Positions 1 to 11,000 of a DNA stretch of 61,175 nucleotides are shown here, one piece after another. This stretch comes from a virus. Lineage: Duplodnaviria; Caudoviricetes. The notes below the pieces were generated by a model, which saw only the letters and a list, made by a program, of their open reading frames with translations, ran no database searches and was not told the DNA's origin. The translations under genes were made by a program, and so were the position numbers. The stretch spans positions 1 through 61,175 of IMG/VR virus record IMGVR_UViG_3300027892_000030. One strand, written 5' to 3'. Within the stretch, counting starts at the first letter, position 1; the number at the start of each line of letters is the position of its first letter.

Positions 1-2
1 AT

Positions 3-3000
3 GATAGCTCTCATTTTTGATATGTTAGTAAACCCTACATACTGCCATGTTTTAACAAATGCTCTGGTTCTACCATATTCCCATTTATCAAGCTCTGCAT
101 TCTTATCAATTCCTAATGTATGTTCAGCAACTAACTTAGGCATCCAGTTTTTGAACATCATGAATGAACTAAATATAGTATCTCTTCTATAGCCAGCTTT
201 GTTATCTTCATTCATCTGACCATTAAGCTTTCTACCATACTCAACAATCATTGTTCTGAATTTAGCAAGCTCTGCGTCACTCACTCCTGGAATAACCACT
301 TCATCATTTTCAATTGTAGCCACCTTATCCAATGAAGAAGATTCTTTTAAAGCTGCCACTCTTTCATCAAATGATTTTTCTAAAGCTTTTCTTTCGCTTT
401 CAGATAGTCCTTTTCTAGCAGCTCTGTCTTGTTGTTTTAGGTATTGAATTATATTCACTATCTTACCATCTACCACCATTGAGTTATCAATAATACTCAA
501 CGCACTACCCATCTGTAATCTTCTCTCAGCAAATGAGTTAGTTGACATCATCACATCAGTGAATGTCCATGTAGATAAGTATTTACCAAGACCTTGTTTC
601 TTAGCTATCTTTCTTCTTTCTTCTGTAGTAACATCTTCATTCAATGGTACAATAAGATCTAGAAGTCCTTTTTGTATTACACTGAAGTTATTTCCTGTAA
701 CAATTTTAAGATTGTTCTTTTGGAATTCTCCAAATGAATACATTGTTCCACTATTAACAAATGCTTGGAAATTGTATCCCATAAAGTTGGCTATAGCAAT
801 AAGAGGTTTAAGACCCACAGCAAGAGATCTAGTTAATGAGTCAGCATTACTTAATAACTTTTTAGCATTAACTGTCTTTGCTTGTTTCTCTTCTTCTGTT
901 TTACCAAGCTTCTCTCCAAGATTAGCAAAACCAACGTTTCCTAATGAACCAAGATCTTGTCCTAGTTTATATAATCCATCATCAATGATTACTTGTAATA
1001 CATCTGCATTCTTATTCTCTGCTTCATTTACACTAAGCTCTCCATCTGTAAACTGTACAGCACCATTCTCAACTATAAGACTTCCTTTAGCTTTCTCAAC
1101 AGAATGTAATGTAAGAAGTGTGTTCTCTAAGTTCTTAGCACTTTCATATTCTAATAAAGACTTAACCCACATTGCTCCCACTTTATTAAGATCAGTAGAC
1201 AATTGGTTTACAGCTTTATCTGTTTGAGTGAAATACTTAGGAATAGATTTCTTTAACTTACCTGTCTCAGGATCTATTTTAGAAACATTCTGTTCTTCGT
1301 TTATTCTAGTTTGGTAGAAGTCTGTCCACAAAGATTCTTTTGCTTGAGCAGATATATCATCTGTCTGTGCAAACTTCTGAAGGATTGTAGCTTCTATTAA
1401 TGGGAAAAATGAACTTCCTTGTTTATCAAGGTATCCCATTTGTTTAGCTTTAGTATTTAAGTCAGTAAAGAATTGCCATACATCAAATGCAGCTTTGTTT
1501 TTACGTAGTGCTTCATATTCTTTAGATAGATGTCCATCTTCAATCATTGTTTCTCTGAACAACTGATTGAATCTGTAGTTATCATATCCATCAAAACTCT
1601 CACTATTTATATCTAATGAATCTCTTAACTTAGCTTTTCTCCAAGAGCGTTGTAATGCATCTTCTTCTCCATCATTTGAGAATACAGTTTTATCAAGATC
1701 TTGTATTCCTTTATCGATAGCTGCTTTAGCAAGTTTATCATACTCCTCAAGATTCATATTCTTTAAGAAGAACTTCTTATCTCTTTTCTCTCTAGCATCT
1801 TTTAATTCTTTCCAGAACTCAGCATCAAACTTCTTAATAAGATTTAATCCTGTTGGAGACATTGTACCAATCAAGTCAAATGCTTTAACTCCTTTTGCTG
1901 CAGCTTCTTCTTCTAATGCAATAAGTAATTTATCATACTGCTTCATCTTTCTTGAAAACTCAATGTTCACAAGACTCTTTGCATTCATAAGCATATTAGA
2001 AGCAAGCTTGATAATTTTAGCAGAAAGTCTAGATCCTTCTAAGAATGTTTTAGCAAACCCATCTATTTCTCTTTCAGCGTTAAGAATAGTTTCTTTTGTT
2101 GCATCTGTTGTAACTCCTTCTTTTAAACCTAAATGTACAGCATATTGGTTTTGTAATTGAGAGATTTCATTTAACATTCTACCAGCCATAGAAGATATGT
2201 GCTCTAACTCTTTTAATGTTTTCTTATTGTCTTCTGTCATTCCTTCTCTTGTATATTGAGAAAGGAAGACTTGGTCCATAGATGTAAACTTGTTAGCACT
2301 GATTCCATAATCAATTAAGTCTCCAAGCTTTTTGTCTAGCTCTTCTTTACTTATTGTATCATAGTCTATTTTAGCAAAGTCATCTAATGCAGTTCTTGCA
2401 TTATTCAAGAATGATTTACCTACAGTTACTAAAGGTTCGAAGTTTAATTTAACTTGTAAGTTACGGATAGCATTACTTAACTTATTGATCTCTAAGATTT
2501 TACCATATCTATCTTCAGCAGCTACTGGTTTCTTATATAGTTTTTCCCATTGCTCTCTTAACGATTTAAGAAGAGAATCAATCTTAGGATTACCTGTAGA
2601 TTCTGAATTGATAGCAACAGGAAGTAAGTATAGGTTTGTTTCTTCTAATGAATTCAACTTACCTATCTCCATAGATGTAGGAGAAGCAAATCCACTTGCA
2701 GGATTTCCTTCAACAAGATAGCTATAGTTCATTACAATAGGAATCATTCTAGCCTTTCTTAATTGATTAGGCTGTAATCCATAGTTGTAAAGCATCTTAG
2801 TGTACTCACCCATCTGAGCTTTCCAATCTTTTTGTTTACCCCAGTGAATATCTTCATCTTTACTCTTATTCACAGATGTAGTTTTCCAGTCAAGGATATC
2901 CACTTTAACATCTTGTGTACCATCTTCTTTTGTATAAGGTTCAATAGCCATAAAGTCAATAGCAGATGCAAGTTTACCTTTCACCTTTTGGTTAACCACC

Positions 3001-5009
3001 TTAGCTTCTAATATAAAACGTGTACCTGGTTTATAAGAGTTTATAAGCTCTTTAGTAAATCCTTCTAGTTTTGTTTGAATCTTAGGATCAAGTTTAGTTG
3101 CTATAGCATTAGTTAATGGTGTTGGTAATTTATATCCATCCTTATCAATAAGATTGTTAGTGATGTAATTATAAATGTAATCATGTATCTCTGTTCCCCA
3201 GTCTTTCTTCTGGTCATCTAAGAACTTCTGAAGATCTGTTCTTTCAGGAACAGTCTTTTTAAGTGATGCTGTTACAGAAGGAATCTGTTCAGGAAGATCA
3301 TCAAGTGTGTAGTGTCTTGGTATCACTTTACCTGTAGCATCTGTAGTTTCAGCTACAGTTTTTAATCTACTAGCAAAGTCTTTAACTGTGTCATATAACC
3401 TATCTACAAGAGAGTTTTTAACTTGATAGAATACACCACCATTTTTTATATCAGAAGCAACACCACCTACGTTAGCAGAAGCTACATTACTAGCAGCTTG
3501 TTCAAATATATCTATGTTAGATTTGCTATACATTCCTTTGATAAAATCAAGAATAGCATACCAAAAATTCTCAATCATAGTTCTATCTGTTTCATTCATT
3601 AGCTCAGGGAACTGTGTAGAGCCCTCAGATTGATTGATAATCAATTCAGCTATAAGTTTATCAACAGCTTCTTTTTTAATCTTTCTAATGTCTGGTTTAC
3701 CGTTAGATAGTTGATATGCTTTCTTACCTTTATATGCTTTTAATGTTTCATCATAGATCTTAAATCTACCTATTTTAGAAATCATTTCTGTAACAAGCTT
3801 TGGATTGGTTTGTTCTAATATAGCTGTAGCTACGTGCACTACTTCTTCTGTTAGAGCATAGTCTTCCATACCCTGAGCAATAGCTACTGTTCCTTTAATA
3901 AGATCAGCAAGTCCATTAATTCCTTTAGTCTGTACATCAGGATTACCTTTAAGATAATCTTCTAAAGATTGAATACTAATACCCATTTGTCTAGCAGCAT
4001 TCTTTATTATCTCTATTGTTCTAGGAGAAGATTTAGATGCAGGCATCTCTTCTGTCTGTAACATTACATTACCTGTACCTACAAAGTTTTTAAATCCTTC
4101 TATATCTTGTTTATTACCTAGTATATGTATTTGTTCTGGTTCAAATACAGTATATGTATTAGCAACTCCTCTATATCCTCCAGATATTCCATCTTCAACA
4201 TTATTAAAAATTATACTATCATTACTGTCATTTAATTTTTCTATTTCTTTTTTAACAATAGATAACATTTGATAATTATTACCTTCAACTATTAAAGGAT
4301 TTTTACTATCTAATATAACAGAGTAAAGAGTTGAATCATCTTTTATATATTCTGAAAAATTAAGTTCATCATCATATTCTACAGTATCAAATTGTGTATC
4401 ATTTTTAAACTTTTCAAATAAAGCTTTAGTTTTTTCTAATGATTGTTTTTCTAAATACTGTACATTTAAATTCTCCCTTCCAAAATAATTTAAAACAATA
4501 TTTTGAAAATCTTGCTGTGTAATTGTATTTATATTATTACTTCCTAAATCTTTTTTAAAATAATAATAAAATAGCACATCATTGTAAACATTAGATTTGT
4601 CTAAACTCTGTTTATAACCTTGTGCAATTGCAGAACTATTAGAAAAGAAAAAACCTTTACCTTTAATATCAGCTCTTGTTTTACTTCCAACTAAACTTTT
4701 ATCAAATTTATTAAATTTAGTATGTGTCCCATGATAAACAATATCTTTTAATTGACTATCAGGAAATATAGAATCTAAGTATGCAGAGTATTGTTCTTGT
4801 GTACCTACATTAGATAATTCAGGATTAGATTCAAATAATTTTCCCACTCCAGATTTTACATTTGATATATCTGATATAGCAGGAAAGTTATCCAACCCAT
4901 TTTCTTCCTGCCACAAAGAAACCTTTGCAGCAAGAATTATTGGATTGATATTAGATTGTTCAGCTAACGCTTTAAACTCTTGTGAACTTCTATTTACACA
5001 GTGTGCCAT
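3..5009 (-). CDS. Large polyvalent virion cargo protein, truncated at window edge (>1669 aa): ART-PolyVal-like ADP-ribosyltransferase, zincin/MPTase-like region, PD-(D/E)XK nuclease
   Basis: Absent from the ORF track because it has no stop in the window. ATG at 5009 (MAHCVNRSSQEFKALAEQ), 1 nt after the RNAP stop. Frame checked by hand at several points down to base 3 (FVKTWQYVGFTNISKMRAI). Motifs: YHGT (4725-4736), GFFFS, NPL, VFEPEQI (4128-4148); TEEVVH (~3834-3851); GTEIH, AIDF, DILDWKT (~2880-2900), QMGEY. Confidence 0.85.
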   Translation of the reverse strand, partial: MAHCVNRSSQEFKALAEQSNINPIILAAKVSLWQEENGLDNFPAISDISNVKSGVGKLFESNPELSNVGTQEQYSAYLDSIFPDSQLKDIVYHGTHTKFNKFDKSLVGSKTRADIKGKGFFFSNSSAIAQGYKQSLDKSNVYNDVLFYYYFKKDLGSNNINTITQQDFQNIVLNYFGRENLNVQYLEKQSLEKTKALFEKFKNDTQFDTVEYDDELNFSEYIKDDSTLYSVILDSKNPLIVEGNNYQMLSIVKKEIEKLNDSNDSIIFNNVEDGISGGYRGVANTYTVFEPEQIHILGNKQDIEGFKNFVGTGNVMLQTEEMPASKSSPRTIEIIKNAARQMGISIQSLEDYLKGNPDVQTKGINGLADLIKGTVAIAQGMEDYALTEEVVHVATAILEQTNPKLVTEMISKIGRFKIYDETLKAYKGKKAYQLSNGKPDIRKIKKEAVDKLIAELIINQSEGSTQFPELMNETDRTMIENFWYAILDFIKGMYSKSNIDIFEQAASNVASANVGGVASDIKNGGVFYQVKNSLVDRLYDTVKDFASRLKTVAETTDATGKVIPRHYTLDDLPEQIPSVTASLKKTVPERTDLQKFLDDQKKDWGTEIHDYIYNYITNNLIDKDGYKLPTPLTNAIATKLDPKIQTKLEGFTKELINSYKPGTRFILEAKVVNQKVKGKLASAIDFMAIEPYTKEDGTQDVKVDILDWKTTSVNKSKDEDIHWGKQKDWKAQMGEYTKMLYNYGLQPNQLRKARMIPIVMNYSYLVEGNPASGFASPTSMEIGKLNSLEETNLYLLPVAINSESTGNPKIDSLLKSLREQWEKLYKKPVAAEDRYGKILEINKLSNAIRNLQVKLNFEPLVTVGKSFLNNARTALDDFAKIDYDTISKEELDKKLGDLIDYGISANKFTSMDQVFLSQYTREGMTEDNKKTLKELEHISSMAGRMLNEISQLQNQYAVHLGLKEGVTTDATKETILNAEREIDGFAKTFLEGSRLSAKIIKLASNMLMNAKSLVNIEFSRKMKQYDKLLIALEEEAAAKGVKAFDLIGTMSPTGLNLIKKFDAEFWKELKDAREKRDKKFFLKNMNLEEYDKLAKAAIDKGIQDLDKTVFSNDGEEDALQRSWRKAKLRDSLDINSESFDGYDNYRFNQLFRETMIEDGHLSKEYEALRKNKAAFDVWQFFTDLNTKAKQMGYLDKQGSSFFPLIEATILQKFAQTDDISAQAKESLWTDFYQTRINEEQNVSKIDPETGKLKKSIPKYFTQTDKAVNQLSTDLNKVGAMWVKSLLEYESAKNLENTLLTLHSVEKAKGSLIVENGAVQFTDGELSVNEAENKNADVLQVIIDDGLYKLGQDLGSLGNVGFANLGEKLGKTEEEKQAKTVNAKKLLSNADSLTRSLAVGLKPLIAIANFMGYNFQAFVNSGTMYSFGEFQKNNLKIVTGNNFSVIQKGLLDLIVPLNEDVTTEERRKIAKKQGLGKYLSTWTFTDVMMSTNSFAERRLQMGSALSIIDNSMVVDGKIVNIIQYLKQQDRAARKGLSESERKALEKSFDERVAALKESSSLDKVATIENDEVVIPGVSDAELAKFRTMIVEYGRKLNGQMNEDNKAGYRRDTIFSSFMMFKNWMPKLVAEHTLGIDKNAELDKWEYGRTRAFVKTWQYVGFTNISKMRAI

Positions 5010-5010
5010 A

Positions 5011-8000
5011 TTAACATTCGTTTATTTTATTTTTTTCTTCATCTGATAAAGCATCCCATTCTTCTTGTGATAGGCTGTCAGGTTTTTCAACTATAGGTTT
5101 TATAGAATAAACATATCTACTTTGTGTACCATTTATAAAATTGGTTGAGAACTTATTATTCTTTTTAAAATCATTCCAATCTTTAAACCCTTCAGCTTTA
5201 GCATATTCCTCACCTGAAAAACTTGTATTAGTTTCATTAGATGTGACTAATATACCATCACCAATATATTGAACATCAAGCAGTCCTAAACTTTTTACTT
5301 CTACTTTACTTCCATCAGATAATGTATATACACCATCTTCTAATCTTTCTCTTTCAGTTCTATTAGTAATAGTTTTTGTACCTGATTTTATCTTAGCAAT
5401 GTTATCAGATTGCATTTTTATTTCACCTATCACATCACTATTTGGTTGGATTGTAGCACTAACTATTTGTGTTGTACCTAGAAGAGCTAATTCGATTTCA
5501 CTATCTTCCACTTCTCTTTCCACTTTCAAGAAACCATTGTCTAATACAGATGATCTAGAAACTGTTGATGTAGGATCTAAAGGAAACTCTTTACCATAAA
5601 ACTCTTGAGCTCTGAATGAATCACCCCAAGCATTAATCATTTTGTATACATAATTGAAGTAGGTTCTTTCAATTCCATCTTTACCTTTGAATGTAGATTC
5701 TTGGATTAAAGGAACTCTCTCACCTTTTTCATTTATTCTGTACACCTTCTTGAACAATCCTTTATTTACATGAGATGTATCTCCTGTCTTTCTAGCTTTG
5801 ATTCTTTGATTCTTAGTTATATTTTCTTCCCAACTGTAAGAAATAAAATCATCAGCTCCTTCTCTTGAGAACATAGAGAACACAATCATCTCAGGAAGTC
5901 CTTTATTTATTTTATCTGACAACTTTTTACTTAAGAATGCTCTTTCTGGATAATACCAATTTCCTGCTGCACTCTCTTGCATCTGTCCTCTCTTATAAGT
6001 AACAGTGTTAGGACTATTCCAGTTGGTTCTCTCCATTATATCTAATGTTTTGAAGTCAGCTAAGTTAGGAATATTTTCTAGATTAGACAATGTTTGATTG
6101 TAAAATTCTCTAAAATCATCATAAGGAAGAAGGTTAGTGAAAGCAATAGGAGAGTTTGTAAGTCCTGATTGTATTACAGCTAGTCTAACAAGCTTACCAT
6201 ACAAGTCTTTCTGCTCATCTCCAAGCTTTTCTTTTAACTCATTAAAGCCATAGATAATCATATTCTGATCATATATCTTATTGCTCTTTCCTTTAATAGA
6301 AATATTATCTGGACTAGCAATTAACAGGTTCATGAATCTCTTAATCTCTCTAGGTCCATAAAGTAATTTTTCTAATAACTCACGACTTATGTTTTCTCTT
6401 TTATATACATTACCATCTCTTAGTTTGTATTCATCTAATACAATCTTTCTACCACTCTCTAATTGTAAAGAGTTGATAATCATGTTATTATGTAATGGAT
6501 GATCTTTATCTTTCATCACCTTGTCTCTAAACTCAATGATTTGTTTAGCCGCACTCTTCTCTGTTGAGGTGCCTAATAATATTTTCTTAACAGAGTTGTT
6601 AAGCTTTCTATCATTCTGTACAGCCCAATCAAAAAGATCATTCACTGCTTTCTGAGACACTTTAATAAAATCTCTATCAGGTAACTCTGAATAAGGAATT
6701 AATACGCTCTCCATAACTCTTCTGATATTCTTTCTATCAGAGATTAATATTTCAGCAAATGCATCACGTACATCATATATAGTATTAGCAAGAGGTCCTA
6801 TGAAAGAATTCTTAAGAATAGCATCTACAGCAGGTATCACATTACCTTCATTATCTATAGAAGAGAATATAGTTTTTTGTGCTTTCTCTACTTGTACTCG
6901 CTTCTTAGTTATTAAGTATGGATCATTAATTGTAGCTGTATCAAAGTTAGATCCTTGTGTTACTTGGAATAAATGATTACCCATCATAGCATATTTCAAG
7001 AACTCATCTAATATGAATTGTTGTTGAGCTAACATCTTAGGACTATTCTGCATATCTTCAGCAGTCATACCAACCATATCGAATAATTCTTTTTCACTAG
7101 GAATTGTATCTATAAATACATTATCATCTGTTAGATAATCATACTTAGCATCGCTAACAAACTTATCGATAAACAACCATGAGTATCCATTATTCTGAAT
7201 TGTTTTTAAGTAGTCACGAATAATTGGTTGGTTCATGAAGTAACCCACTGTATTAATAGGTACACCAAGTTTAACTAATAACATCCATGTAGAAGCAACG
7301 TTAGGGTTAGCTCCCATCTCCATAATCCAAGGACCTTTAGAGATATCCACATATCCATCAATGAACTGTCCGATAACATCGGATATATAGTTTTTACCAT
7401 CAGCATCTTTAATCATAGATAGAGTGGCACGTTTAACTCCATTAACTACAACTGAGTTGTATTTTTTGAAATTAACTTGACCATCACCTAACCATTTTTC
7501 ATCAACAGGATCAATAACTGTTTTCAATTTAGTTGGATCAACATAAATAAGACTACGTTGGTTTTGAGAGTGATTAGTTTGATTCACAGCAGCAATACCA
7601 ATTGCATACTTACCTGTAACGAATGCGTGTCTTAAGTTAGTCATGAATGATCTACTTAACATGTTTCCTACAGAACCATAGTCAATCTTAGTTCTACCAA
7701 GTTTCTTACTAATCTTATCAGTTAATTCTTTAAGTTGATCTGCAGAGTTAGGTTTGATTAAGTTCTCGAAGTTAAGATCGTTAGAGATTAATTTCTGTAG
7801 AGATATCATGTACTCATTCTCTAATGACTGATTGTAAAGATCATTGATTACATCTTCTTTTTGTAATGAATACTCTTCAGCAAAGATAGCTTCTAGGATT
7901 TTATCTCCACGCTCACCTCTTTTTAAAAGATCTTTTTTAGAGTTTAAATACTCATTGAATTCTCCTTTGTCATATAGCTCACCAAACTTCTTAATAGCTT

Positions 8001-11000
8001 CTTCACCTGTTCCTAAGTAAGGAACCACTTTAGGTTTCTTATCATTTCCAGGATAGATGTTTTTCAAATAGATTGACAACTTATCGATATCAAAATCCGA
8101 ACCAGCTTTCTTAACAAGCTCTGAAGGAATAACTACTGAGTCTTTATAACCTTCTGGTAAGAACTTAGCTATCTCAAATACATCAATAGAGTTTTGTTTC
8201 TGTGTTGGGATACGGAATGCCACACCCATAATAGCTTCAAATTGTTTCTTACCTTCTGGATCATTATTGAAATAATCCATAAGTTCTTCATCAGACATAT
8301 CTGATTTAAACCATTTAGCTACCATTATCTGGCAAACATTTATTGTCTTACCATTCTCATTTCTAGTGTAGAACTTAAGTAGGTTAGAGCTATAAACATT
8401 CTTACCGTTAACTACTTGTTCTCCAGGTCTTTCTGATTCTAATAATGTAGATGGAATCTGCACTTTCATACCTCCTTTTATTTTAGGAGATACAACATTT
8501 TTATTAGCAATAGAATATAGAATGTTTCTGATTTGTTGGTATGCAGGAGTAGCTTCAAGAACAGTGTCTCCTGATTCAAATCCTCTGAAAGCATCAGTGA
8601 TATTATCATTAACTTCTCTCTTTAAGATTTCATCTCTTAATGTATCAGTTAGTTTCTTAACATTGCTTATTTCAAATCCTTTAGCTGTTTTACTTAAACC
8701 AAGTTTTTTAAGAAGAGATTTATATCCTTGCTCTATCTTAGCCTCTAACATATCTTGATTATGTTTGATGTCTCTGTAAAGCTCAGACTGTTCTAGTTTT
8801 TGTTCAGGAGATAGTTTTAGCCATTTGATAAATCTAGCATTGAAGTCTTTAGTGGTAGTATCAAAATCAATTGGTACACCAGCTTGCATAAAATCTAATG
8901 TAACAAGTTTAGTAATCTGAGATCCTTGTGTTACATAGTTAGATTCTTTAGAAGGAACTTCTGCTTGTACACCCATAATAGAGAATGGTATATTTGAAAC
9001 AGCTTGTTTTGCATATATATCATTCTGAGCATTAGCATCTTCAAATGGTGTTTCATCAAACTTACCATTCTTATCGTATAGAGGAGATATCTTTTCAGCA
9101 CCCACTTTACTTCCTGATTCATATACAGCATAATCTACATTCTCATTTAACATCTTGTCATACAACTTGATAGCATTTGAGTTTGGATTCATCTTATGAA
9201 GTAGTCTAAATGATAGAGGAAGCAATGCAAACTTATGTAACACAACATCATTATAATCTCTACCATCCATTTTATTACCAGATACAATAGGTTTTCTAGG
9301 AGTGTATGTACTTGCTACATCAGGACTGTTTCTATCAAACTTATCTAGTTCTCTTTTAGTTGCTCCAGCTTTAACCAAATCATAATAAGCCATATCATGT
9401 CTATACTGAGCTTCATTGTCTTCAGTCCATTCTCCAGAACGAATTCCAAATACACGATTAGCTTTATCAAGAATGTATCCACCACCATCAGTTTCTGCAT
9501 ATGGATCATATCCTTTAAGATCACTAACACTTAATACATCACCAAGAGTGATTGCTCTGAAATAATCTAATGTCATATCAGTGTAACCAGCATCTCCAGG
9601 TTTGAATCCTTTGTTGTACACTTCATTAAGTGCAGCATTAACATCTTGAGATCCAACCATAAGAGCTTGTCTAGGAGAGTTGAAGTTCTTAATACGTTTC
9701 AACTCATCACTATACTGATAAGGATCAGAATAAAGAAGCTTATGCATCTCTATGTTAGCTATCATATAGTTTACAGATAACACTTGAAGTTTGTCTTTTA
9801 AAGTTTTATCTGTTAGTTCTATATCATCGTTAAAGTTTATATCATCAATAGTTAATCCTTCAGAACCAGAATAAACTATACCATACCCTCTAAGAAGATC
9901 TTCTGTCTGTAAAGCATCTTCTTTAATGAATGCATCTACAGCAGCATTTATCTCAGATGCATATCCTTTGAATCCTTTTGAAGGATTTCCATTGTATAAT
10001 TCTTCAGAAGTGTATTGTGAGTTAGTTGACTTCATGATTTTGTTATGAAGCTCTTCTCCTAATATTGCTTTAAAGAAACGTAAGTCTGTTGATTTGTTTC
10101 CTTTACCCTCAACAATAAAACGTTCATCTCTGGCAAGTTCTACTTCAGATAAGAAATAGTCTCTGAATATTTCATGATAATCTTTATCTAAGAACTCTTG
10201 ATTGTCTATGAAATTAACCATCTTAACAGCCCATTCAATAGCAGCATCACCAGGTACAAGATTTAAATAGTATCCATCTAGGTTAAGATTTATCTCTTGA
10301 ACTATTCTTTCTTTAGCTGTAAGCTTAGAACTTTCTTTCTTCTTACCATTACGTTGGTTATCTGTACCATCAATATATACAGACTTCATTAAGTCTTGTG
10401 TATTACTGATACGTTTACCTGTTCCTTTTGTAGGATGTAAGTTAAACATCTTCTGCATCATTACACTTCCTTTAGCAAATGCATCTGTACGTAAGTATTC
10501 GTATTGTTTGTATGCAGGATTACTTGATAGTTCAGTGATGTTATTTAATTTAGAAAGAACATTATGTAAATTACTTAATGCATTTACACCAATATAAGTT
10601 TGTGTACGTTCTCCATTCATATTGAAATACGTACTCTCGAATCCTTTATTTTCAATGATAGCTCTTGTAAGTCCTAGTTGCATTAAACGTTTTTCAATAT
10701 TTAATGTTCTAGGAGTTAACACTGCAATACCTCTAGCTATCTTTCCTTCAGCTTCATCCTTAGCAACTTCTTCATCAGTCTTAGCCTTACCTTGATCATT
10801 CAGTTGAGTAAACTGATTTTTAATACCCTCTACAGCATCTGTAAAGTTTAATAACTGATCATCTTTTAATTTTTTTAATGCTTTAATGTCAAACTCAATA
10901 CCTAGTTCTTTAAGAAGAGCTGTATAAGTTGTTAGGTCTGAACCACTCAATGGCATAGATTTAATCTTATCTGTAGCAAAGTATCTTCCTGTCTTAGGTT

